A stretch of 64,000 nucleotides of DNA from Octopus sinensis. Lineage: Eukaryota. Numbering within the stretch: the stretch's first letter is position 1; each line of letters begins with the position of its first letter. The position numbers and the translations under genes were made by a program. The stretch covers positions 71,486,001-71,550,000 of the forward strand of contig NC_043008.1 of the NCBI RefSeq assembly GCF_006345805.1. Direction: 5' to 3'. Under the pieces are notes generated by a model. That model was not told where the DNA came from. It worked only from the letters and a program-made list of their open reading frames with translations, and ran no database searches. Below, piece after piece: positions 53,200 to 64,000 of the stretch.

Positions 53200-54220
53200 T
53201 GAGCACTCACAGAGCGCAAACCTCTCTCAAGCTAACACTAACTTCCTCCCAACGAATAGCCGGAGATGATTTTTTTAAAATAAGAATATCTGAAATAAAC
53301 TCGACTGCTCTCACAAACGAGAATACTAAAAATGAGCCGGATCGCTCACAAAAATTAAGTAAAAAACAGGAAATATGATCCAGAATGCTTGTCCGGTACC
53401 TGATCGATCCCATGGAATGCGAAGGTGGTGGGTGTGCAGACCGTGTTTGTAATGCTGTGTCTTTGTCGTCTGCAGTGGGAATAGAGACAATTTTCTCTAT
53501 AAAGGCCTTTTTTTTGGTCTATTCACTGATATAGTGCCTTTACGTCCATTAAGATCTATAGTGAAAAATTTATCCTTGCGTGAAAGAAAACGGAAAGGAC
53601 CTGCATACAGTGCTGTTAATGGAGTTTTAACAAGAAGTAAAGCTTCCTTCAAGGTAGAGCTAGAAATGCAATTTCAAGTAAGAGGCTTTAAACAAGAGCG
53701 ATATATTCAAAATTGGTAAAACTAAAACTTGTCGAGGATAACGTAAATTTATTATTGTTAGTGAATATGTTAGTGTTATTTAATTTCTGAACAGTTTTGC
53801 TGTCGTTTGTTTATATAGTTTGATTTCTTTATCCGTCAGTTTCTACTAGGAGAGAGACGCGAGTAAAATTAATAATAGAGGAACTAAGATAAAACCTTGG
53901 AAACAGCAACGCCGCCATAACATACGTGGAAACCATGAACGTACTTTCAAGTGAGATAATTAGAGATGGACTTGAAAGCCAACGTAAGGTTGTAATTCTT
54001 CATGTAAAGTAAAGTAAATATAAAAAATAATCCAGAATCCTTATCCGGTACCGGATCGATCCTGAAATCTAAGCACTTCGTGCCAGTTACAGGACAAAGA
54101 AGCATCCCTGAATATTTCGTCCGAATCCATCCTGTGATTCTTGAGATAGCTTGTCCACAGGCAAACAAAGAAACAAATATGACTGAAAAAATATCTCCGC
54201 CTTCGCTAAGGTGGAGATAA
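53200..54220 (+). mobile_element. Helentron-associated (HINE-like) element in two pieces (53200-53412, 54020-54220)
   Basis: GAGCACTCACAGAGCGC 5' end; TCCAGAAT.CTT.TCCGGTACC.GATCGATCC duplicated; terminal hairpin ATCTCCGCCTT cgct AAGGTGGAGAT. Confidence 0.6.
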
Positions 54221-54251
54221 TAATAATAATAATAACAACAACAACAACAAC

Positions 54252-54313
<62 letters not shown>

Positions 54314-54336
54314 TAATAATAATAATGATAATAATA

Positions 54337-54500
54337 GGCGCAAGAGTGACTGTGAAGTAAGTAGCTTGCTTACCAACCACATGGTTCTGGGTTCATTCCC
54401 ACTGCGTGGCACCTTGATCAGTGTCTTCTATTATAGCTTCGGGCCGACCAAAGCCTTGTGAGTGGATTTAGTAGATGGAAACCGAAATAAGCCCGTCGTA
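54337..54500 (+). mobile_element. SINE family B head (tRNA-like + CORE-like)
   Basis: GGCGCAAGAGTGACTGTG..GGGTTCATTCCC..GGCACCTTGATCAGTG. Confidence 0.8.
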
Positions 54501-54505
54501 TATAT

Positions 54506-54540
<35 letters not shown>

Positions 54541-54542
<2 letters not shown>

Positions 54543-55086
54543 TGGTCCCTCATAGCGTGTTGGTATCTACGCATAGTAGTACCCTCAATATAATATAAAT
54601 GAATATTTTCAAAGAGGAAGAATTTACGGATTTTTTTTCTCTTACGATGTTTTTCACGCTGACTACTGATAATTTCTTTTAAAGATTTTATCCTCAATTG
54701 TTAATTTATATTTTTCACCGGAATAGTTCAATACTGAATTTTTATTCCGACTAGGCAATTTGTTACCGAAATGCATTGCGAAAAAGCCCGCCATTTTCAT
54801 AGATATGTAAGGATAAACATTCGTACATGCTACGACGAATTCTACGGTTGGCTATCGAGTTTGTAATGTTATGTTTTTTCTTATATTTCTTGAGTCTGTT
54901 GCACTGACGAACATGAAATGCATAATCTGCATTAAATGCGAAATCACATGTGATATGTAACTGAATTCTTTTTTAAAATGATGTATTTTGAAGTTTTGCA
55001 TTCGGTAAAATTTTGTTTATTTTTAGTAGTTTTGCCCGCATTGGTCCCTCTTAGCGTGTTGGTATCTACGTATAGTAGTACCCTCA

Positions 55087-55095
<9 letters not shown>
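54541..55095 (+). mobile_element. Retrozyme-like element, 499 nt monomer + ~56 nt terminal redundancy
   Basis: 54541-54596 repeats at 55040-55095; single HHR; (TA)n on both sides. Confidence 0.88.
54898..54961 (+). ncRNA. Type I hammerhead ribozyme
   Basis: GTTGCA-CTGACGA-A-CAT...ATG-C-GAAA-TCACATGTGA-TA-TGTAAC; perfect palindrome ATCACATGTGAT; AUA triplet, predicted cleavage after 54955. Confidence 0.88.
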
Positions 55096-55119
<24 letters not shown>

Positions 55120-55396
55120 CAACAATTGAGGGTAAAATTAATTAATCAATTTCACCAAGTGTTCAGTATGTAAAAGGACCATTTAAGGCGAATTCAAAAT
55201 ATTACATTATATAATTAGGGCTTAGTAAAATAAATTACTTTGCCACATACTGAACATAATAGAAATAGCAGCCAAAAAAAAATTTTTTATCCATTTCTAC
55301 TACTTAAAGAAAATTTCTCTCAGATAATGTTTACTCAAGATAACTCACGAAGGTATGGAGGTAAATACAGAAAAATATCACAAGTACAAAGATCGT

Positions 55397-55457
55397 TTGA
55401 GAACGTCAACGTTTCTAGATTAGCCAAATAAAATCAGCATTTCTTTCGTCAGCTCAA
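55397..55457 (-). ncRNA. Type I hammerhead ribozyme (copy of 55774-55834)
   Basis: Exact reverse complement. Confidence 0.8.
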
Positions 55458-55773
55458 AATTTCTTAATTTGGATTTGGAAACACTAAAAAGAAAGAACTT
55501 TACCTCTCGGCGAACTTATCACCTCAGATGAACCAGCTCAAACTGCCAGTGCTAACAAATTCAAAATGCGCAAGCGTAAATTCCTGCACTCCTCTTCCAC
55601 CCACGTGGTCCATCTAGCAAACATTATATTTTAACCGCGAGGACCGAGGCAGTATGACAGAGAGAAATGAATTATAATATCAACAATTGAGGGTAAAATT
55701 AATTAATCAATTTCACCAAGTGTTCAGTATGTAAAAGGACCATTTAAGGCGAATTCAAAATATTACATTACTA

Positions 55774-55834
55774 TTGAGCTGACGAAAGAAATGCTGATTT
55801 TATTTGGCTAATCTAGAAACGTTGACGTTCTCAA
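55774..55834 (+). ncRNA. Type I hammerhead ribozyme
   Basis: TTGAG-CTGACGA-A-AGA...TCT-A-GAAA-CGTTGACG-TT-CTCAA; GUU triplet. Confidence 0.8.
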
Positions 55835-56949
55835 ACGATCTTTGTACTTGTGATATTTTTCTGTATTTACCTCCATACCTTCGTGAGTTATCTTGAGTAA
55901 ACATTATCTGAGAGAAATTTTCTTTAAGTAGTAGAAATGGATAAAAAATTTTTTTTTTGGCTGCTATTTCTATTAAGTTCAGTATGTGGCAAAGTAATTT
56001 ATTTTACTAAGCCCTAATTATATAATGTAATATTTTGAATTCGCCTTAAATGGTCCTTTTACATACTGAACACTTGGTGAAATTGATTAATTAATTTTAC
56101 CCTCAATTTTACCCACTGCTTTGTCACTTCATTCGAGAGTTGTGGGAGGCTATCGAGGTAGCCGATAAAGTCCATAAATCCTTGTGACTGACTACTTTCT
56201 CTGAAGAGTTGAGCAAAATGATGCTTGAAGCCGTGGATACTTGCTTTGAATCGTACAGTAAGCGTCCATCCTGATTCGTGAAAGACTGAATTGTGGCCTT
56301 CTTACCCTTAACCTCCCAAGCCCATTAAACTCATTGAATTTATTCTTGTTGTAACAGATTATTACTAACGTTGACAAAGCATCCTTCGAATAAATTGCAA
56401 GTTGGATGCATTTCTAATTGCCTCCTCAGTTTACTAACAAACTCCCCCTCCTCCTCCTCATTCTCCTCTAATCTATTTCTCTCTAAACACAATAACCACT
56501 GTATTTAATTGCCCTTGTTGTTGACTACTTCACCTGTCAAATGCCGCTTCACTAGGTCGCTAATTCAGTTTCCGCATTTATCTTTTCGTGTTGGGAAAGA
56601 TGCATTCCATTTCCAGTAACCGGATTCCTGTCTATGTGTCCTATCTGAAGTAATTACGCAGATTACAAGTTTGTGATTTGTGTAACCGGCCAGTTATAGA
56701 GATTTTAAAAAACTATATTTTCCAGCTAACTTAACTTATAATCAAAGCACGATTTGGAAAACCCATTTTTGTGTAAGTTGACATTTTCGAAAATTCCGTT
56801 GGGTACCTATTAAAATCTGGAAACGTCGGAACATGTTTTGCAGGGAAATGTATCGCCTTCTGTGTGTTAAACCTACACAATCCATCTTGCGTGCAAAACA
56901 ATATTCTACTCCCCTGGTACGAACCGTGGTGTGGTGGTGCTGATGAGAA

Positions 56950-58592
56950 AGGATCTGAAGTAGGGGGACCAAAGGGAAAATTTAGGTTCATAACTCTCTT
57001 GAGCGCAGCTTACAAGATTTTGGCCAAGGCGTTAGCCAACAGGATAGCGCGTGTCGTCAATAAACTGGCCGGTGTCGAGCAAACAAAGTTATCCTGAGTA
57101 AATCTATCAACGACAACCTCCATGTCAGCACGCGTTAAATCATAGACAACGTAGTGAAGGAACCAGTCATGGGTAGGGCCCTGATCATTTGGGATCAAAA
57201 GCTTTTGATAGAGTCTACCATCAATCCTTGAAAACTCTCCTCGTAGCACCTGGTTTCGATCGCGTTTTCAGAAGCTGGATCGCTGCAGTATCCATCGACA
57301 TCTTCTCGGTGGTCAAAGTCAATGGCCACCTATCGGAAACGTTTATTATCGTACGTTCGGCTCATCAAAGATGCCCACTCTAGCCTCGTCTCTATGTACT
57401 GGCCCTCGAGCCACCACTAAGCAAGTTTGATGTTTCGAAAGGTGTATCACGTGAGTTAGGATGCGGAAATCTCGTGTCGGCTTATGTGGATGACATCACC
57501 CTAATAGTGTCGGACATCTCGTAAATCGAGGTGATCAACACTACCTTAAAGAGTACGAAGCGATTACAGGAGCAACGATTCACCCGGAGCATTTAGTGGA
57601 TATGGAGCTCGGCATCAGGAAAGGCAGTTTCATGTCGGTTAAAATGCTTGGAGTCTGCTTTGTTCCGCACCTCCAGGTGGACTAGAACTGATGTCAAGTG
57701 ACGAGAAGGGAATTTGCTCTTCGGTTTTCTATGTAAAGAACGTGTTCAACTTACAGCCATCTGGCTGTTGGATAGTGATATCGGTGGCAGTTCCTCATTG
57801 GAATTCGACAGGGGAGCAGTGGTGGGCAACAGCGATTACTTCCTCGGGAAAACTTTCGGGCCGTGGCCTATTGATAATCTCCAGATATTCTTGTTCTAGT
57901 AATGCTATCGGGAGTTCTGCCTGTTCAAGACAGGCTCTACAGGAACCAAAATATTGTCAGACGGATGTGTGTGAGAGGTGCGCAGGGCGATGAAACCGTC
58001 TAGTCCCTGGGTATTAATGACACGTAAATCTTTGCGGATTAGCTGCTGATATGTGTAGGACGGATCAGGTTGTCAGCCGAATCCATCGTGAAGATCGCCA
58101 TGCTACCTTGCTTTAGACTGGAAGGGAAGACAGTTTTCTTCTACCTACTGGCTATGCGAAAGAGCTAGTATGATGCACGAAGTTGAAAGAACCAAAGAGA
58201 GATATTTGCTTCGGATAAGCCCTCATCGACTTTTCCAAGTTCTATTTGTAAAGGGAATTGAGGGTGGAGAGGGAAATATTGCCTCCCTAGTATTTTTGTT
58301 GAAAGGTGAGTGAATATGGCGCGAATGGCCCGTGTAAATGTGTCTACTCTGAACGTATACTTCTAAGCTTGAGGAAAGAGCCATCTGTTGAGATCGGGTA
58401 ATCAGGATGTGTGAGGTTTTTACGATGTCTCGGATTCGAAGATCCCCCATTTGAGGATTTTTATTTTTGGATTGTGTTAAATATTTTTGCTTTATTTTTA
58501 TTAAAAAAGTTTTGTGTTAAACCCGACGTGTCATTTGTATCATATCGTCCCTTTTTGTCTTGTGTTCGGCCCTTCTGGACAATAAAGGTAAG
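56950..58592 (+). mobile_element. Tx1/L1-like LINE relic (RT through zf-RVT and 3' UTR)
   Basis: FRFITLLSAAYKILAKALANRI, SKAFDRVYH, HQRCPL*P..ALEP, AYVDDI, CERC..DETV; multiple stops. Confidence 0.88.
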
Positions 58593-58618
58593 CTAATTAT
58601 TATTATTATTATTATTTT

Positions 58619-58895
58619 TGAGTGAGAAAGCAGTGCATGCCATCAAAGTAACACTGGGGTAAAATATACGAAGCCCAGTATACCCATCATGGCTACCCAT
58701 CTGATAAGTGTACACCAGGCACATGCATCACAGCCATATGTGCGCGAAATGGTGATCTCATATCAAGATAAACAGCGCATGACCTTGCAGGTGGGGCCCA
58801 GTTAGAATTTTCTTCAGGTCGAGTAACCTATCCCGCATAAAAGGTCCCTGAATAAGGATTCTTTAAGGATGTTGAACGAACCACCTATGTTTCCA
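58619..58895 (-). mobile_element. ~280 bp non-coding element inserted in (ATT)n/(ATC)n
   Basis: Second partial copy at 12030-12184; trinucleotide repeats on both sides. Confidence 0.75.
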
Positions 58896-58899
58896 TGTT

Positions 58900-58934
<35 letters not shown>

Positions 58935-58972
58935 TATTATTATTTTTATTATTATTATTATTATTATTATGT

Positions 58973-59075
58973 AAGGCTGCACGCTGTCACAATCGTTAGC
59001 ACGCTGGGCGAAATGCTTAGCGGTATTTCGACAACCGTAACCTACTGAGTTGAAATTCCGTTGAGGTTACCTTTG
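58973..59075 (+). mobile_element. SINE family A head
   Basis: CGTTAGCACGCTGGGCGAAATGCTTAGCGGTATTTCG..GAGTTGAAATTCC. Confidence 0.8.
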
Positions 59076-59089
59076 AAAGACTGGGCGCG

Positions 59090-60105
59090 AAGAACGAGGT
59101 GGGGGTAATACAAAGACAGACATAAGGTGTGGATATTTACATATAATTAAATGATAAAATGTAAGACGGTAAGAAAGTAAACATGCACGGTATACACTGG
59201 AAAAGAAGGGACATATGCATATCATACAAAGGTTTTAAAAAATAAGTGGCCTTGAGGATGATAAAGATGTGGCCCTCCTGATACAGGAAGGATTTTAAGG
59301 GTAATCGGGAAACCCCACTGCCCGAGATTTCTCTGAAACACGAAGAACAAGTACCCTCTCCAATTCCCTCTCCACCAGCCTTTTCCATCAAACATCCTTT
59401 TTCGCCACAGACATCAAGCAAAGGAAAACTAATTTGCCGGCCCGATTGAAGGAGGCCGGCAGTGTCATCATTACTACAGACTCGGCCGACAGACGGATCC
59501 GTCCCACACGTTACAGCAGCTGTTTGACATAACCCCACAAGTAAGCGATGTCCAGACACTGAACCAGAGCGAGCAGAACGGTTTCGTCACTCTGCGTCCA
59601 ATCTGAGAGTACATCCGTACCCATAGAGTTTATCTCGAACCGGTAGCATCTCCCTGTAGCACTGCCAGGCCAAGGACATTTTGAAATTATCCATGATATT
59701 TCCCGACCGGAAAGTCGTCCGGAACATACTAGCCAGTTCGTTCCCGTCGGTACCCAGAGTCTCCCTGAGAACGTCGTCGTACTTCCCCATCACTAATCCT
59801 CAATACTTTTCTAAAGCGGAATATCCATCGTTCCCATAGCACGACTGGTACATGGTTCTGAGCTTCTGACGACATTCTAGGTACCAGGCGCCCAGTCACC
59901 GTTTTTTCTTCACTCAGGACTGCAACTCCGTGAATGAGACTATCTGCGAAAAGACGAAAGCTCGCAAATGGAGCCCACACACGCTCGTTGTCCAGAAATA
60001 TTTGCAGGTGATGTAACCTAAGAGCATATCTGCGCATTAGGATCCACGGCATACCTAATCCGTCACACAGAGGATGCTGGAATCAAACTGACCAACTGAC
60101 CAATA
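59090..60105 (-). mobile_element. Tx1/L1-like LINE 3' relic
   Basis: GLGMPWILMRRYALRLHHL; LAWQCYREMLPVRDKL (zf-RVT-like); similar to 14420-14650. Confidence 0.75.
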
Positions 60106-60321
60106 AACCTGTTTAAAATAAGATTCTAAGCTAAGAAAACTATAAATTTCAGCTCAGGCGTGTGTGCATATCAGTATGTGTGTGTGTGTGTGTGTTTGTG
60201 TGCGTGTTTGGGCTTGTGCAAATTTGTGACTTTTTTTTCCTGTTTGCAAAGTGGTGTCTTGCGTTCTACCTGTGTTCTTTGCATTCACGTACATATATAT
60301 GTAGGCTATGTGTGTGTGTGT

Positions 60322-60365
<44 letters not shown>

Positions 60366-60518
60366 CTGTGTGGATGTCTCGGCGGTTATTCAACAAGATA
60401 AACAAATTTTGAATATAGCGAATTTAGCAAGATTGTAAGCTGTCAGGCAAGACAGGAACAGTGAAAAATTACCGTCTAAATAATTAATAATGAATCAAAT
60501 CATCGAAGATTTTTGTGA

Positions 60519-60586
<68 letters not shown>

Positions 60587-60962
60587 TTATATATTTATAT
60601 ATATGCACGTATATGCGTGTATATATGCATCCATGTATATATATAGTAATGTTTATTTTTATTGGATTTTTTTATATCTAATTGCTCTACAAAGAAATAA
60701 TAATAGTAAAAAAAATAAATGATAATAATAAAATATTTCTCAGTTCAGTTGTCGTTGTGTTTATTGTGTTTGTTTTGCTTGTTGTGTTTGTTGTGTTGTG
60801 TTGTCTGAGCAAAGGTTTAATTCACTTAGCAAAGAAACTACAAAGAAAGAGCCATAACTCTGCTGCAGCTGTTTTACTAATGCAATTACCGAGACTAGTA
60901 TTGAATAGATTAAAGATATAAAGGAATTAGAGTTGTTGAGGTTTGCCTGTAAATATATACAT

Positions 60963-61152
60963 ACATGTGTGTGTTTGCGTGTGCGTGTGTTTGTGTGTGC
61001 GTGAGTGTGAGCGTGCGTGTTTGTGCGTGTGTGCGTGCGTGTTTGTGCGTGTGTACGTGCGTGTTTGTGCGTGTGTGCGTGTGTATGTATCTGTGTGTGT
61101 GTGTGTGTGTGCGCGTATCTGCTTATGTGGAAGTTAATGTATGTGTGTGTCT
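60963..61152. repeat. (TG)n/(TGCG)n microsatellite
   Basis: Direct inspection. Confidence 0.95.
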
Positions 61153-61972
61153 GGTGGATGCATGCTGTGTATAGTCCAGAATGAGAATTTACGTATGTGA
61201 GGGTTATTTGAATATGTTTTGGAAATTAAACAACAAACGTAACGGAGGATTTAAATAAAGCACTCAGACACACGTAATAAAATGTAGTGAACGAACATCA
61301 AACTAAATTGACCTTTAAACTCTATAAATGAATATTTTTCATTTTTATTTTTGTTTTCGCTAGTGAACTTTGGTGTACATTTTGTTTTTAAAATATCACA
61401 ACCAAATATAGCTATTCATGTCTCTGTGTGCATATATTTCCTGCTAAATTAAGCTTTAGTTCTGGTAAAATAACAAGGTTGAATATATTTGACATATGCG
61501 ATATATCTCAAAATTTATTGTTTTCAATCGGTCTCGTACAATTTTTATACTCACACTTGCTATTCAGGGTTTGATGAAACCAAATATAGCACCACGAACT
61601 TCGTTAAACGTATTAATTCTCTAAATTTGGTATGTTACTGTTCCCTATATATATCTGTCTCGTATCTGCAGACCCATCAGCTGTCGCTGTTATTCACTGA
61701 CAGTTGAATGGAATAAAAATATGAAATTCATGTACAATGGCGTAATACGCCGTCAATTTCGAAGACTGAACCGGCAGTGTAAGATTATAAGCGCAAGTCT
61801 CAAACTACTACGCCAAGCGCCTTCACCAATAACTTTAATGAAGGTCAAATATATTTCAGGATACAGTTAGAATATCGATGAAATGAAAGGAGTATCTCAG
61901 TGTTTGTGTTGATATGACTATTTTGAAAATTTATTCTCTCTACTGTACTACTTCTTTAGCTAATAGTAAACA

Positions 61973-62140
61973 TTCTTTTCTACTCTAGGCAAAATACCCA
62001 AAATTTTAGGGGAGGGGGTCAGTCGTTTAGATCGACCTCAGTACGCAACTGGTACTTAATTTATCGAAACCTAAAGGATGAAAGGCAAAGTCGACCTCAG
62101 CGGAATTTGAACACAGAACGTAAAGACAGACGAAATACCG
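61973..62140 (-). mobile_element. SINE family A (headless unit)
   Basis: GGATGAAAGGCAAAGTCGACCTC.GCGGAATTTGAA. Confidence 0.85.
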
Positions 62141-62274
62141 ACGAGTATACCATTTGCGCACACATATATCGTTCAACATAATTTTCCAAACTGAAGGTTA
62201 TATCAAACTGTGAAATGTGAAGCACTACGGTCTAATCTATTTATCTGATGAGGGTATAAAATAATATTAATTTC

Positions 62275-62480
62275 AAATTTTGGCACGAGACCAACAATTT
62301 AAGGGAAGGGATAAGTCCATTACATCTAACCCAGTACTCAACTTGTTCTTATGTTATAGACACTGAAATAAAGAATGGCAAAGTCTCACCTCGACGGAAT
62401 TTGAAATAAAAACGTAAAAACTGTTGAAACACCAGTAAACATTTTACCCGGCACGCATAAGATTTTGCCAGCAGTCTGCC
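62275..62480 (-). mobile_element. SINE family A, degenerate
   Basis: GGCAAAGTC..CCTCGACGGAATTTGAA..TTTTGCCAGC. Confidence 0.7.
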
Positions 62481-63135
62481 TTAGAATATCAAATGATACT
62501 GGTGACAATTTCACTAGGTACATACAGCATATATTTTAATGTTGAGATGCTGTACAAAATCAGGTATTTAGCTATTAAGCTGGCATCAGATACATTGGTT
62601 GGTGGTAATGAAATGAAGTGAATTCAGCAGGGAATTGAAACAGTAATCACTTTGCTCTTAACTTGATAAGAATGTCGTTCTTATGTCATGACTACTTAAC
62701 GTAAAGATAGATTTATATCGGTTAGGCTGTTATTTATCTTAAATGCAAACGACTGCAGTTTGTAAGTAATTCTCCTTGCTTGAAAGGTGGGGGAGAAAGG
62801 ACTAAAAAAGAAAATGACTTTGATAATAGACTTCAGCTTGTGATTTATTCAGTAAGTTGTGTGGAGAGAAAGCAAGTATAGATCAAATTGCAAAACCTAA
62901 CAAAACTATTAAAATTTCCAATCTTCCCCGCTGGACGGAAATTTCCCTAAAACCAACGTCTATAAAATATGTCTGCTCACATACTCTGGAAGAGATATTT
63001 TTTTCATTTTTTAATGTAAAATGAATAAGGGAATTTGATATAATTTCTAATGACAGTTTTGGAACTGTGATTTATGTAGTCGATACATTCAACGTACATA
63101 CACATAACATGCATATATATTTATACACACATGTG

Positions 63136-63182
<47 letters not shown>

Positions 63183-63300
63183 TTTTATTATTTTATATAT
63201 GTAAATATAAATGCATACGTGTGTTCAGATATAGTTCTATTTATTCACATTTATGTATGTATGTATTTATGTATTTATGTATATATGTATGTATGAATAT

Positions 63301-63333
<33 letters not shown>

Positions 63334-64000
63334 AATTTACGTAATGCATAGACTAGCATACATACACCTAAGCATGTCCCTCTATATAATATACACGCAT
63401 ATATATCCATATATATATATATATCCTTTCACACACGCATACACACACATACACACATGTACATACATATACATAAATAAATAAATACACACACACACAC
63501 ACAGATATATATATTGCCATATACTCATAGTTCTTTTACTAACGCTAAATTCTGTGCAAGAAGCATGTACTAAGTATATTCAGGTATTTTTAAACATGGT
63601 ATTTCTATGTTCTTCTTCTGTGGTGTTAAAGAAATGTATATTTACTTCTCTTTCTCTTTCTCCCTCCATATCTCTTTCACTCTTTCTCTTTCACTCTCAA
63701 TATATACATATTTAGCTTTTCTCTTGATCAATTATCTACGCTCCAAACCTGACCCAGCCATTCATATTATATACGATGCTAAACACGATTCTTTTATCTG
63801 ACACTGTCGTCATTTTTTAAAGCTATTGTGGCACCAGCGAAGGATTGTAGCCAATAATGCACTATTTCGTTCGAGTGCTTGTTGTTGTAGTTTATATTAT
63901 TACTGTTATTGTTCTTGGTGTTTTGCTTCACAGCACCTTTAATAGCGCAGATTCACGATCAAAGACACTTCAAACGTGAATATGCTGACTGTTTTCGAGC

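Larger units (their letters stand above)
55118..56108. mobile_element. Retrozyme-like element, 561 nt monomer (~1.16 copies, minus) + inverted partial copy
   Basis: 55120 recurs at 55681; 55774-56108 is the reverse complement of 55124-55457. Confidence 0.9.

Overview
AT-rich, microsatellite-dense eukaryotic DNA with no supportable host protein-coding gene. The SINE, LINE and transposon families resemble those I recall from octopus genomes, so a coleoid cephalopod is the likely source (inference). Most of the window is transposon debris: Tc1/mariner relics (one near-intact DD34E transposase pseudogene), R4/Dong, RTE and Tx1/L1-like LINE relics, a Penelope-like element (PLE) relic, Helentron-type non-autonomous elements and two abundant tRNA-SINE families. 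The standout signal is invisible in the ORF track. At least eight distinct families of non-coding elements each carry a type I hammerhead ribozyme (HHR), most of them flanked by (TA)n. Three families show ~490-560 nt tandem periods with circularly permuted or fold-back copies. Their HHR cores show compensatory C3-G8, G3-C8 and U3-A8 pairs and palindromic helix III. This fits a retrozyme-like (circular-RNA-derived, probably PLE-mobilised) system. All coordinates and structures were read by eye and relic boundaries are approximate.
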